A stretch of DNA of 64,000 nucleotides. It comes from Sphaerodactylus townsendi (lineage: Eukaryota). Location of the stretch: NCBI RefSeq assembly GCF_021028975.2, contig NC_059437.1, positions 57,040,001 to 57,104,000 on the forward strand, in the 5' to 3' direction. Of this stretch, positions 13,488-23,952 are shown piece by piece. The position numbers and the translations under genes were made by a program. How positions within the stretch are numbered: position 1 is the first letter of the stretch; each line of letters starts with the position of its first letter. The notes beneath the pieces are model-generated. The model saw only the letters and a list, made by a program, of their open reading frames with translations. It was not told where the DNA came from and ran no database searches.

Positions 13488-13741
13488 TAAGAACATAAGA
13501 GAGAGCCTGCTGGATCAGACCAGAGTCCATCTAGTCCAGCTCTCTGCTACTCGCAGTGGCCCACCAGGTGCCTTTGGGAGCTCACAGGCAGGGTGTGAAA
13601 GCAATGGCCTTCGGCAGCTGCTGCTCCTGAGCACCTGGTCTGCTCAGGCATTTGCAATCTGAGATCAAAGAGGATCAAGATTGGTAGCCATACATCGACT
13701 TCTCTCCATAAATCTGTCCAAGCCCCTTTTAAAGCTATCCT
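13488..13741 (-). mobile_element. CR1-type LINE 3' end (ATAAGAAC tail); sister copies at 35124-35335 and, in opposite orientation, 63960-64000
   Basis: ataagaacataaga...ggatcagaccagagtccatctagtccagc shared with the 35.1 kb copy; gtggcc...caggtgcctttgggagctcac also at the window end. Confidence 0.7.
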
Positions 13742-13797
13742 ATCTGCTTATGTCTGACATTTTCTCCCTGTCTCCATTTGCTGAAGGTTCCTCCAGG

Positions 13798-13867
13798 ATG
13801 TTTGCTCTGCATGCTCTGGGCACTTTTTTGACCCACATAGCTGTACTCTGCTTGTCCTGCCAATCTG
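13798..13867 (+). CDS. Candidate leader exon for the Ig-like receptor (MFALHALGTFLTHIAVLCLSCQS-G)
   Basis: aggATG context, upstream polypyrimidine/AG, hydrophobic peptide ending in phase 1, but only a weak GC donor (TG|gcaata). Confidence 0.2.
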
Positions 13868-14172
13868 GCAATATATAGGTTTCCTATTTTTTTTTTATTT
13901 TTGAGGAGCTGTCTTGGGTAGACCTGTCCTCTGACAGTCTTATTTTTCTGTGCAGTTAAAAAAAACTCTAAGATGTCCATGGAGGGCAGGTCTACTCAGT
14001 GTGTCTCAATGGGAGGTAAAGCAGCTCTCTGAGTGGGTAAGATTCTCTTAAGTGTCTGTGTATCTTCAAAGATAGGTCCTTGAATTTTTTAAAAAATGAA
14101 AACTGTATATTGCCTGAATCGGCAGGACAAGCTGGGTACTTTTCAGGCTGAAATGGTGCCCAGGACCGGAGC

Positions 14173-14713
14173 CAGTGGTGGGATCCAAAAATTTTAGTAA
14201 CAGGTTCCCTCGCCAGCCCCCCCTCAGCAAAGGGGGCAGAGGCGTACCTAGGCAAACCTGAGCCCTGGGCAAAACCTGAGTTGGATGCCCCCCCATGGGC
14301 AGCCACCCCACTCAATAATGCGACCCCCAAAAAAAAATTTTTTTTTTGCACCCAGGTCATTTCTAAATCATCATCTGCATTATAGCCATTACTTTAATTC
14401 AGAAATCTGAACTTACCTTAATGGTGAAACACACATGGTTCCCTTTGATAGGAGACAGGTGAGATAAAAGGTAATGAAAGGCTGAGGAATCAATGGTTGC
14501 AGTACCTGAAAGGGATTCACCCAGTTCAGGGAGTGACATTATTAGTCGCAATTGCTATATGGAACCTTCACGTTCAAAGGCAGGATGCCTCTTGGGGAGG
14601 CGAGGGCGTGGAGACAGAAAAGCGGACCCAATGAGTCACCCCCTCTTGGCACACACAAATAATTAGTAACCCCCTCTCGGGAACTGGTGAGAGCCTGCTG
14701 GATCCCACCTCTG
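14173..14713. mobile_element. hAT-type MITE (CAGTGGTGGGATCC...GGATCCCACCTCTG)
   Basis: Terminal inverted repeats and perfect 8-bp TSD ACCGGAGC at 14165-14172 and 14714-14721. Confidence 0.9.
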
Positions 14714-15437
14714 ACCGGAGCCTGCAGAGCAGACGTCCTGGGGCAATCTTCAGTAAATGGAGGCAGGGGAAAATCCCCTCACCAGCACACAAAATGGAGG
14801 CAGGGAGAGTCCCTTCACCAGCACAAGCGGAGGGCGAAACTGGCCAGAAAGTGAAACGGTTGAGCTAGAAAAGGCCTCTGTTCCCCTCTGATGCCTTTGC
14901 TGTCTAGAACCAAACCAGCAGCCGCCTCTTTTAAAGACATCCCCTGGACATCTGGTTTTGGGTGTCTGGAGTGAAAAGAAGCAGTCGCCTCTTTTTGAGA
15001 TGTCCCACAGATGTCTTTTTTGTGCTGTCCGGAACGGATGCTCCTTGACTGGCCTGAGCCCTCCCCTGCTGGGCCCTCCCCTTTTCCTGCCGCCGCCCAC
15101 TTTTCCTGCTTGATAGTCTTTCCGAGGGACTCTGGTCTTCTCAGTTCAATGAGGCTAAAGAACAGTAGCCTCAGTTTAGCCATTTTAGCTTCCAGGGACA
15201 GTTCAGGTTTGATTTGATCTAGAACTCACTGATTCTTTTTGGGCAGTCCACAGTATCCGTGACACTTTCTTCTGACACCCCATTTCAAAGGAATTAACTT
15301 TCTTCCTGCCTGTTTTCTTCATTGTCTAGTACACACACACACATACCTAGTAACAGGGAATACGATGGCATGAATTCGTTTGGTCTTGGTTGCCAGTGAC
15401 CTATCCTCATACTTCCAAATATTTTCTAGCTCCTTCA

Positions 15438-15746
15438 GGAGCAGCAGTGGCGTAGGAGGTTAAGAGCTCATATATCTAATCTGGAGGAACCGGGTTTGAT
15501 TCCCTGCTCTGCCGCCTGAGCTGTGGAGGCTTATCTGGGGAATTCAGATTAGCCTGTACACTCCCACACACGCCAGCTGGCTGACCTTGGGCTAGTCACA
15601 GCTTCTCAGAGCTCTCTCAGCCCCACCCACCTCACAGGGTGTTTGTTGTGAGGGGGGAAGGGCAAGGAGATTGTCAGCCCCTTTGAGTCTCCTTACAGGA
15701 GAGAAAGGGGGGATATAAATCCAAAACTCTTCTCTTCTTCTCTTCA
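15438..15746 (+). mobile_element. Full-length tRNA-derived SINE (Squam3-like)
   Basis: A-box-like agtggcgtagg, B-box gggtttgattccc, CORE-like gggtgaccttgggc region, TCT-rich tail; near-identical copies elsewhere in window. Confidence 0.85.
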
Positions 15747-15758
15747 TGGCTGCCTTTC

Positions 15759-16090
15759 TGTAAGGAACCTCAAAAGGACTAGAAACAAAGCAACTGTGTT
15801 CAGTTCATTTATTTCATAAACTTCGATGATCTCAATACACGCAATGCGGACTCTGACCTTCCCAGACCAAACATGTCGCTTTTATGGACACGGTGGCCCC
15901 CCTCCCCAAACTCCCAGGCACATTTCCCACAATAGAGCAAAAGCAAGCTTCAAACACACAAGCTGAAATCATACAAGATAAGCGTAGCAATGTTAAAGGC
16001 AGTAACCCTCCGGGGCGCACAGCCCAGACGGAGGAATGCGCCAAGGTCAGAATGATGGGGAAGAAACACAGATCAGCCACCTTCCTTACA
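15759..16090. mobile_element. Solo LTR, 332 bp
   Basis: TGTAAGGAA...TTCCTTACA perfect 9-bp inverted termini; 5-bp TSD CTTTC on both sides. Confidence 0.85.
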
Positions 16091-16856
16091 CTTTCCCAGC
16101 CTCAATCTCCTTCAGATTTTTGGGTTGCAGTCAACAGAATAATGTGTTTATTGTTCCTGTCACCTCCTCTGTAAAAAGGGCCATCAAAGGGTCCAATAAG
16201 GCTTTCTGCTGGTGACTTCCAGTCAAAAGGCATCTCATATTTTTTAAGAGCATCTGCGTGCCGGCCTTCCCATTCACAGGGCATTCTGCCTATCAGCTTA
16301 GGACCATGGTGGCAAACCTTTGGCACTCCAGATGTTATGGACTACAATTCCCATCAGTCCCTGCCAGCATGGGACTGATGGGAATTGTAGTCCATAACTT
16401 ATCCCCTAAAATTATAAAGGTCCTTCGGCTACCATATAGACTCCCTGAGAACTATGTAATGTAATGTGGATCAGTTTAGAATGATTTTGTTTTCATTGCA
16501 AGTGTTTTCTCCTGAGTAGTTGCCTTAATTTGTGTCTCTTGTCATTTATTGTTTTCTTGCCTGATAAAAGGAGTTGTGTTTATTTTAAACTCATTAGGTC
16601 AAAGAAGGTCTCTGTCAGTTTTTCTGGAAAGAGGCCTGACATACAACCGATAATATTTCCTTGTGCTGCCAGAGAGATGTTTGAACTGAGTAGGCCTAAT
16701 CGGCGTGTTTTATGCTGCTGTATTCAGGTCATGAGGCTTTTAAATCTCCAAGAGGCGAATGCAGTGTAGGCCTTTGGATTGGGTGTGATTTGCCCCAGCT
16801 GTTTGATGTTCCAATTCTTCTCTGTCCCCAACTCACTGGGATCTGGTTCCCCGCAG

Positions 16857-17234
16857 GTGCCTCCTCATCGCTTTCTGTGATTACCCCACAAAAGCTGTTC
16901 AGGGTCTACCCTGGCCAGACAGCTTTTCTCCGTCTCTCTCTCCAGTTCCGGCAACCAGAGTGGAAATATTTCCATGCCAAATGGAGATTCCTCACAAAGA
17001 ATGTGCCCGTCCTTTACTGTGCTGCGGAGTGCAAGGCTGGCTCCAGCTCAGCAAACCACACCTGCGAGTACACTGTGGAGAAGGACGGGGCGTACGAGGC
17101 ACGGGTGGACGTTCAGGAAGGCTGTTCACTGGTGCTGATGGATGTGTGGCCAGAGGATGCCGGGAAATATGAGGTGCGCGTCCTTGCCCTGGACGAGTCG
17201 GGCAGCGCATCCTTGGAGGTGGATGTCCTGGAAG
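16857..17234 (+). CDS. Orphan Ig-superfamily receptor, V-like domain 1 exon (GASSSLSVITPQKLFRVYPGQTAFLRLSL...KWRF...SLVLMDVWPEDAGKYEVRV...SASLEVDVLE)
   Basis: 378-nt symmetric phase-1 exon (ccgcag / G|gtaatg), stop-free; C-strand Trp, SLxLxxVxxxDAGxY V-set motif, N-glycosylation sequon NHT. Confidence 0.85.
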
Positions 17235-17549
17235 GTAATGGAAGAGATCTGAGCTCCCCAGGGCCACGGCAGCCCCAGGGATCAGCCAACCCTGTGTCAA
17301 GAAAAGGAGCACGGGGCCGTTCAGGGTTTCCAATTACAGTGGAGCCCACATTGTCTACAAAAGAAGGTAACGGGGGGGGGGGGGCGGGCAAAATAGGCCA
17401 TGCTTGAAAGGTGCATGAAGAACAGAAAAGTCTTAAGATATTGGATGTTCTGGGAAAAGAGATGGGGTGAGCATCCCTCTGCCGGCCATCCCTGCAAGGA
17501 AAGCCATCTTGGGCCAAAGGGTCACGGCTACCTTTCTGGACCAAACAAG

Positions 17550-17592
17550 ATGCGGCTCTGGCTTCTGTTCATAAGCTCTTTACTTCTGTCAG
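17550..17592 (+). CDS. Candidate internal leader exon upstream of V-like domain 2 (MRLWLLFISSLLLS-G)
   Basis: aacaagATG context, typical signal-peptide composition, ends in phase 1 at CAG|gccgtt (weak non-canonical GC donor). Confidence 0.3.
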
Positions 17593-18482
17593 GCCGTTAA
17601 CAACACTCCTGCAAGCTTGAGCCCACACACCACAGCACTACACCAACCTCTTCCATCCCAACCTGGTTCCTGTTTAGCATTCTCAGGAGGTTCCCTCCCT
17701 CCTGGGAGCCCCTTGCTCCAACCTCCTAGAGATTGTCGAGCTTGCCCTGCTGACCTGAAGCTGGCTCTTCAACCTTTCTGGCCCTCCTCCTTGATTGCAG
17801 CCTGGCTGGGGCTGTGCTGACCCCACCTCATTCTCTAAGGCTGCAGTGGGCTGCTGATTGCAGCTTGGCTAGGGTTGTGCTGCCTCCACCCTGTTACCTG
17901 GAACTGCTGAGGCTTGCTCTTGCTGCTCGGGTTCTCCTGCCATTTCTCTAATGTTCCTTCTTGCTGCTGGCTTCCTGGAGGTCCCTGCTCCAGGGACGGA
18001 GAAGAGAATGGTGTAAACTGCATTCCCTTTCGGGAGAAAGGCCAGATATAAATTAAGAAAATAATGGTGATAATAATTAATGTGCATTCAACTCCTAAAG
18101 ACCACATGCTCTGGGATCTCCTATTTCTCCATTGGGCAAACTGTACTATATAAGGTGAAAAAGTAATCACCCTGGATGGAACTTGTTGGAAGCAATGCGG
18201 TGGATCCAAGCCCTCTCCTGTCACTTCACTGGGTCTCTGTGTGGGCATTTGTGGCAAGAAGGGGGGTGGACGTTGCAGCTGCCAGTGAATGGGACTAGAT
18301 CCTTGGCACACCGGCGACTTTTGAAAGAGTTGCACTGGTGGGACTGAAGCACACTGGCCTTCTCCATTTACTGGGACCAGTTGGAAGCTGTGTGAGATTT
18401 TGACTTTGGACATCTTGGTGTCTTGACTGTACAGGACATCTCCTATGTAAAGACTCCAACTGCCCTCTTCTTTCGCCCCCAG

Positions 18483-18875
18483 GTCTGCCCTCGTCTGATT
18501 TGGTTTCCTGGCCGCTGCGTGCCATCTCTGCCGCTGTCCACCACACAGCTTGGCTGCCCATCCAGCCTCTGGACCACGCCTGGACGTTCCTTATCATCAA
18601 ATGGGAGTTTGTCACCACCAACAGGAGCAGACCTATCCTGGTCTACTTCGTGGACAGTTGCAACGGGACCATAGGTGAATGGTGGGAGAGGGAATGCACC
18701 ATTCACAAAACAGTGGCTGTCGAGTACCAGCAGCGGGTGAACATCCTCAGGAATGGTACTTTGGTGATTCACAGCGTGGACTTCAAGGATGCTGGAGTGT
18801 ACCAGGCCACCATATGGACCTCGAGTGGCAAAGTCCAGGCAGCAGTGAATCTCACAGTGATTCCTGGGCAGAAAG
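18483..18875 (+). CDS. Orphan Ig-superfamily receptor, V-like domain 2 exon (GLPSSDLVSWPLRAISAAVHHTAWLPI...IKWEF...NGTLVIHSVDFKDAGVYQATI...AAVNLTVIPGQK)
   Basis: 393-nt symmetric phase-1 exon (ccccag / G|gtgggt), stop-free; CD2/CEACAM-like RVxIxxNGTLxIxxVxxxDAGxY motif; four N-glycosylation sequons. Confidence 0.85.
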
Positions 18876-20052
18876 GTGGGTGGCCTGCAGGTTCTAGATG
18901 TAGTAATCAACAACAACAGGCAGAGAGGAACATAAACCACTGACTTGAGCTGTACCTGCTGGAGGGATTTATTCCCTCTGTGGCTCTGGTGTGATCTTCA
19001 GGGCCAAGATTCAGAGATGCCTCCTGGAAGTACAGACCTTGTCATGCTCAGCTTCAACGTACTGGTGAGCAGGCAACCCAAATGCTTCTCTGGCTTAGAG
19101 GGGATATCTGTGTCCTCCCATCCCCCACAGAGCCACGTCTTCTCTGTCTGTGGCTGCTGGTGTTGCACAAACTGTGGAAGTTCTCTGCCTCTTTTCCTTT
19201 GGGAGAGCCCTTCAGGGTTGATCCAAGGGGGTGGGGGAGGATCCAAGGAAAGAGTTCCACCCCGCCCTGCACACTATGCAGTCCACTAATAGGTGCAATG
19301 AATGAAACATAGAATGCAAGCCTGATGAAGACATTGCCTAAAGATAAGAAGACGAGGCCTAGAGGGTTAGGGTGGATTGCCTTGCCTTTCCATGCGCAGG
19401 GTCCCGGGTAAGCTCTGTGGCACATTCAGGTAAAAGACCAGAGTGAAAAATGCGGAAGCCCCACTTTTAAGAAAGCTCTGCCCCTTGGAAGGCACGGGAA
19501 ATATCCTCAGGGCGGGTAGATCTTAAGAGCAGAGAAAATGGCTGGAACATACTGTGGTGGCCCATGGCTGTCAACACCACCTCTGTCTCTATCAGTCACT
19601 CGCGACTACAAGGGGTGGTGGTGGTGGAAAGTACCGTCAAGGCATCACCAACTCACAGTGACCCCATCAGGTTTTCAAGATAAGAGGCAGACAGAGGTGG
19701 TTTCCCATGGCCGGCCTCTGCGTAGCAGCCCTGGACTCCCTTGGGGGTCTCCTGTCAAAGCGCTGATCAGGGGTGGCCTTGCTTAGCTTCTGAGATCGGA
19801 TCGGCTCAGGCCAGCCTGGGCCGTCCAAGTCAGGATTACTGCGAGGGAGCTGGCTACAATCCAGGGTGTCCCTTTTGCCGGGAACCCTCCAGAGATTCTG
19901 TGAGAAGGGGCGAGGCTCATCAGTCCCACAAGCAGAGAAAGAAGAGGAGTTTGCATTGATGCCCCACCTTTCTCTCCTGTAAGGAGTCTCAGCTTACAAA
20001 TTCACTCTCCTTCCTCTCTGAGAGGGCTAAAACCTCCTGAGAGGGCTAAAAA

Positions 20053-20360
20053 GGGAGCAGCAGTGGCGTAGGAGGTTAAGAGCTCGTGTATCTAATCTGG
20101 AGGAACCGGGTTTGATTCCCCGCTCTGCCGCCTGAGCTGTGGAGGCTTATCTGAGGAATTCAGATTAGCCTGTGCACTCCCACACATGCCAGCTGGGTGA
20201 CCTTGGGCTAGTCACAGCTTCTCGGAGCTCTCTCAGCCCCACCTATCTCACAGGGTGTTTGTTGTGAAGGGGGAAGGGCAAGGAGATTGTAAGCCCCTTT
20301 GAGTCTCCTACAGGAGAGAAAGGGGGGGATATAAATCCAAACTCTTCTTCTTCTTCTTCT
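20053..20360 (+). mobile_element. Young Squam3-like SINE inserted into an older, oppositely oriented copy (about 19940-20530)
   Basis: Near-identical to 15438-15746; flanks are the two halves of a diverged minus-strand copy. Confidence 0.85.
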
Positions 20361-20634
20361 CTCCCCACAACAGACATCATGTGTAGCGAGAATTAGAGTG
20401 AGAGCGAAAATTCTCAGAGAACTGTGACTGGCCTAGAAGTCACCCAGTAGAGGAAACTTTCATGTCTATAAAGGAACAGGGAAACAAACCCCATTCACCA
20501 GATCAGAACCCGCTGCTCTTGATCACTGCTCCACGCCAGCTCTTGGCGGCACTTCAGAGAGATACCTTTGTTCAAAAACCAGAAAGTGATGCATTTTGCT
20601 TTTTCTCTTTGGAAATCCTCCCCTCCCATTGCAG

Positions 20635-20723
20635 GGACTTCAAGAAGCCTCCACCTTGAAAATGTTGCCCGAATTATTTTGGCTGGCATTCTCCTCTGCT
20701 TCCTGGGGCTGTTGGTAGGGGAG
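20635..20723 (+). CDS. Orphan Ig receptor transmembrane exon (GTSRSLHLENVARIILAGILLCFLGLLVGE)
   Basis: ttgcag acceptor in phase 1, strong GAG|gtgagt donor; hydrophobic helix with ENxxR...LAG...LG...E pattern of FcR-gamma-coupled receptors. Confidence 0.8.
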
Positions 20724-20839
20724 GTGAGTGAGTTCTTTGGAGAAAAGCAAAAGGGAGGGAATTTGATGTGAGTGTTTGTGTGTGTGTGTTTGTGTGTGTG
20801 TGTGTGGACTCTGTTTTCTTTCTCCCTTCCCTTGGTCAG

Positions 20840-20923
20840 ATGCTCTGGCTATGCCAGACCACTCCTCTCAGACAGACCCTGTCTTCTCAGCCTTGTTTGA
20901 ACAGTTCTCAGACACCTTCCTAG
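20840..20923 (+). CDS. Probable terminal exon of orphan Ig receptor: short cytoplasmic tail (MLWLCQTTPLRQTLSSQPCLNSSQTPS*)
   Basis: First good polypyrimidine tract plus cag after the TM donor (116-nt intron), phase 0, TAG at 20921-20923; candidate AATAAA at 22955-22960. Confidence 0.55.
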   Translation: MLWLCQTTPLRQTLSSQPCLNSSQTPS

Positions 20924-21249
20924 CTCTTAAGTGTGCAGCTCACAGCAGCCACATCCACACAAAGCTGCTTTGACATTGGACGGCTCTTAAGGCCTGAACC
21001 TCTTTGTGTATGACTAGTGTGCATGTTTGGAGAATGGGGCTGTCCATAGCACAAGCTGTGCCCTACCACAAGGAAGGGGTTGGAGACAGTGGCCTTGGGA
21101 AGGGGGAGGGGCTTGGAGAAAGTGGGGGGGCATGCCTGCCTTTGCTGCAGCTTCATCTTTGTTTGGGGTCAAGAGGAGCATCTCCTTGTGTTCCTCCATA
21201 CCTTCCTTCAGGGTGTGTTGCCTCCCCTTTGATATAGTGGCTTCTTCTG

Positions 21250-21513
21250 TGTATCTAATCTGGAGGAACCGGGTTTGATTCCCCGCTCTGCCGCCTGAGC
21301 TGTGGAGGCTTATCTGGGGAATTCAGATTAGCCTGTGCACTCCCACACACGCCAGCTGGGTGACCTTGGGCTAGTCACAGCTTCTCGGAGCTCTCTCAGC
21401 CCCACCTACCTCACAGGGTGTTTGTGTGAGGGGGAGGGGCAAGGAGATTGTCAGCCCCTTTGAGTCTCCTGCAGGAGAGAAAGGGGGGATATAAATCCAA
21501 ACTCTTCTTCTTC
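21250..21513 (+). mobile_element. 5'-truncated Squam3-like SINE
   Basis: Near-identical to other copies from gtgtatctaatctggagg to the TCT tail. Confidence 0.85.
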
Positions 21514-23560
21514 TACTGTCTTGCCTTTGGTGCCACTGGAGAAGATGCCTCCATGACTCTGGCCCTTAGAGCTTTCTTTTCACTGTGGCGCTGTCCGTGG
21601 TGCTGGTGCTTCCTGTCCCCAGCTCTTGTGGTCTGACAGCCACAGTCCGGACCTGGACATTGGTGAGGTCATAACTCTGGCTCTTCCTGGCTCTGGTGCT
21701 GTGTGAGTTTCTGTTTCTAGCTCAGTGAGTCTTGGATCTGGGAAGGTGGAAGACCTCGGTCTTCTGTGGGTTGTGAGCGTGGTGGACAGAGAGCTTTGCT
21801 TCCTTGTTGCATAGAACTGGAACACTGCTGGTGTGAAACAAATGTATGGGGAGTCTGCTAAAGCTCTGAGGACTGATGAGTTTCCTTTACTTTCCCCAGC
21901 ATGTCTGGACAACCATCTGCCCTGGACCTCCAAGCCAGGCCAGGAAAGGGGACGGAGCTCTGCTATGACTGGGCTTGACAAGAAGGATGGACCCATCGAC
22001 CCCTTTCATGGATCAACCTTCTTTGGAAGGCTGGGAAATTCCCATCATGCATTTGCCTCAATGCCCCGCCATCACTGCTTGATATTTTGCAAGACTGTTG
22101 TGTCACCTGCAGCTCTCTCTCACACAGTGATGTGAAACTTGATCTGGATATTCCAGAACCCTGATGGAAGGAACACCCAGGGGCAAGCACATGGCGCATA
22201 CTTATGCGCACGGAGGCAAAATTATTCCATGGCATTTGGCTTTCTATGCCCCAAACCATGTTGAGGGTGCATATGGCCAGTAGTATTACATGCAAATTGA
22301 CAGTTTCAGATCTCTGTAATGCACGGCAGCACCTTCTACCAACTCTCAGCTGGCTGTGCCAACTGCAGCCTTCTCTCGAGAGGAATCACTCAGCCATGGC
22401 TGGCAAGACCCTGGACATACAGCAGCGGGCGCTGGGAGAGTGGGGGGAGATCGCAGTGAATCTCCTGTGTTGAGCAGGGGTTGGACTACGGTGGATTCTG
22501 CACAGAGTTTTGGGGGAGAACTTTGCACAGCTCTCTTCCCCAAAATGAATTCAGCACGTTATATTTCTCTCAACCTGGGTTTTTCAAAGATCGCCAACCA
22601 AGTAACCTTTTCCCCTCAACCTGGGTTGAGGATGATTCCTGCCTGGTGAACAGTGGCATAGCACCAAGGGGTGGCAGGTGCACGATTTACCGGGCACGCA
22701 CCAGTGCAGGGGTGTGGCAGGGCAGGCGAGGGCACGTGCCCCAGGCATAATTCCTCCTCGCTCTGGCCCTGTTGCTGAGCAAATGCCAGCAGGCCGGAAA
22801 CGTTTTATTTCTCCCGCCCAAACTTCTTACTTTCATTTTCGCTGCTCCTGCCTGCCAGTTTGTGGTTTGCAGGAGATTCTCCGTGGAGATTCCCCATGGA
22901 AGTTTCCACTGCTTGCAGCCCATCCATTTGCTATTTCATTGTAAAAAGTAGACAAATAAAGTTTGTTTTGCCTAGCGATCCCATGCATGTGTCATTTCCC
23001 CCCATTTTTTTTGCTGTTTTGGGGGGGATATCTGCAAAGTGGTTCTCACAGATGTGAAGACATCAAAGTGCAATTTGCCATGGATTTTTTGAGCCCAATT
23101 ACAGGAAAAACTGACCCTCTGGCGGTCTTCCTGGAACAAAGTTCCATTCCCAGGGAAAGGGAATGCTGTGAGAAATGGTTTGATTGGATTAAGACCTGGA
23201 AGCGCCCAACTCTTGATGAGTTTTGACCTGCTAAAACAAAGAAACTCTGGAAGATTGATGACCCTTCATAGCTGGATAGGAGGTTTAAGATTGAGTTAAC
23301 ATTTGGGAGAAAACTGCGCAGTGTGATCTAGCTGGTGTGCAGATGAAATCAAGGTGTGGCCATTTGCAAGCTCGTTGTGAAGTTGGAACCAGGTGTACCA
23401 TCTTACCACATTCAAGCGCAGCTGAGCCCTCATGACACTGTCTGAAGCCATGCATACTTAATTTGGGAGAGAAAAGACAGACACCACGTGTCAGTCAGAC
23501 CCTCTTGATATCAAAGTCCTTGAGTTAAGGTTGGGGCGCCATCTTACCCTTGCTCTATGC

Positions 23561-23706
23561 CAGTGGTGGTGAACCTTTGGCGCTCCAGATGTTATGGACT
23601 ACAATTCCCATCAGCCCCTTCCAGCATGGCCAATTGGCCATGCTGGAAGGGGCTGATGGGAATTGTAGTCCATAACATCTGGAGCGCCAAAGGTTCGCCA
23701 CCACGG
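23561..23706. mobile_element. Palindromic 146-bp hAT (Buster/Charlie-type) MITE
   Basis: Near-perfect inverted repeat centred on ccaattgg; 8-bp TSD CTCTATGC; partial sister copy at about 16304-16398. Confidence 0.9.
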
Positions 23707-23814
23707 CTCTATGCCATGAGTCTGGGCTGTCTCTGATATCAAGATTATGACTGGAAGGGGTCCCAGAAATGCTGCCACCCCCATCTGACTCTAGCTCGCT
23801 TGGGTATCAAAGGG

Positions 23815-23952
23815 AGATGGGGAGCTCCCCGTCACTGACAATCTTCAAGCAGCAGCTGAACAAACACTTGTCAGGGATGCTCTAGGCTGATCCGGCATGG
23901 CCAAGGGGGTTGTCCTAGATGGCCTGTCTGGCCCCTCCCAACTCTATGATTC
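23815..23952 (+). mobile_element. CR1 3' end fragment
   Basis: tccccgtcactg...cttcaagcagcagctg...ccaactctatgattc. Confidence 0.65.

Larger units (their letters stand above)
15110..16130 (-). mobile_element. Degenerate RTE-clade LINE fragment interrupted by a SINE and a solo LTR
   Basis: Minus-strand peptide remnants AAMKELE, NSFEMGC, SLEAKMAKLRL, RRPESLGKTI typical of the RTE/BovB ORF end. Confidence 0.7.

Noticed and set aside
15440-15520. tRNA gene
   Set aside because: A/B boxes belong to a multi-copy SINE head; no complete cloverleaf
16712-16856. ATG at 16712 as the true start of the 231-aa Ig ORF
   Set aside because: The upstream peptide is not signal-like and a good splice acceptor sits at 16855-16856; this is probably intron read-through
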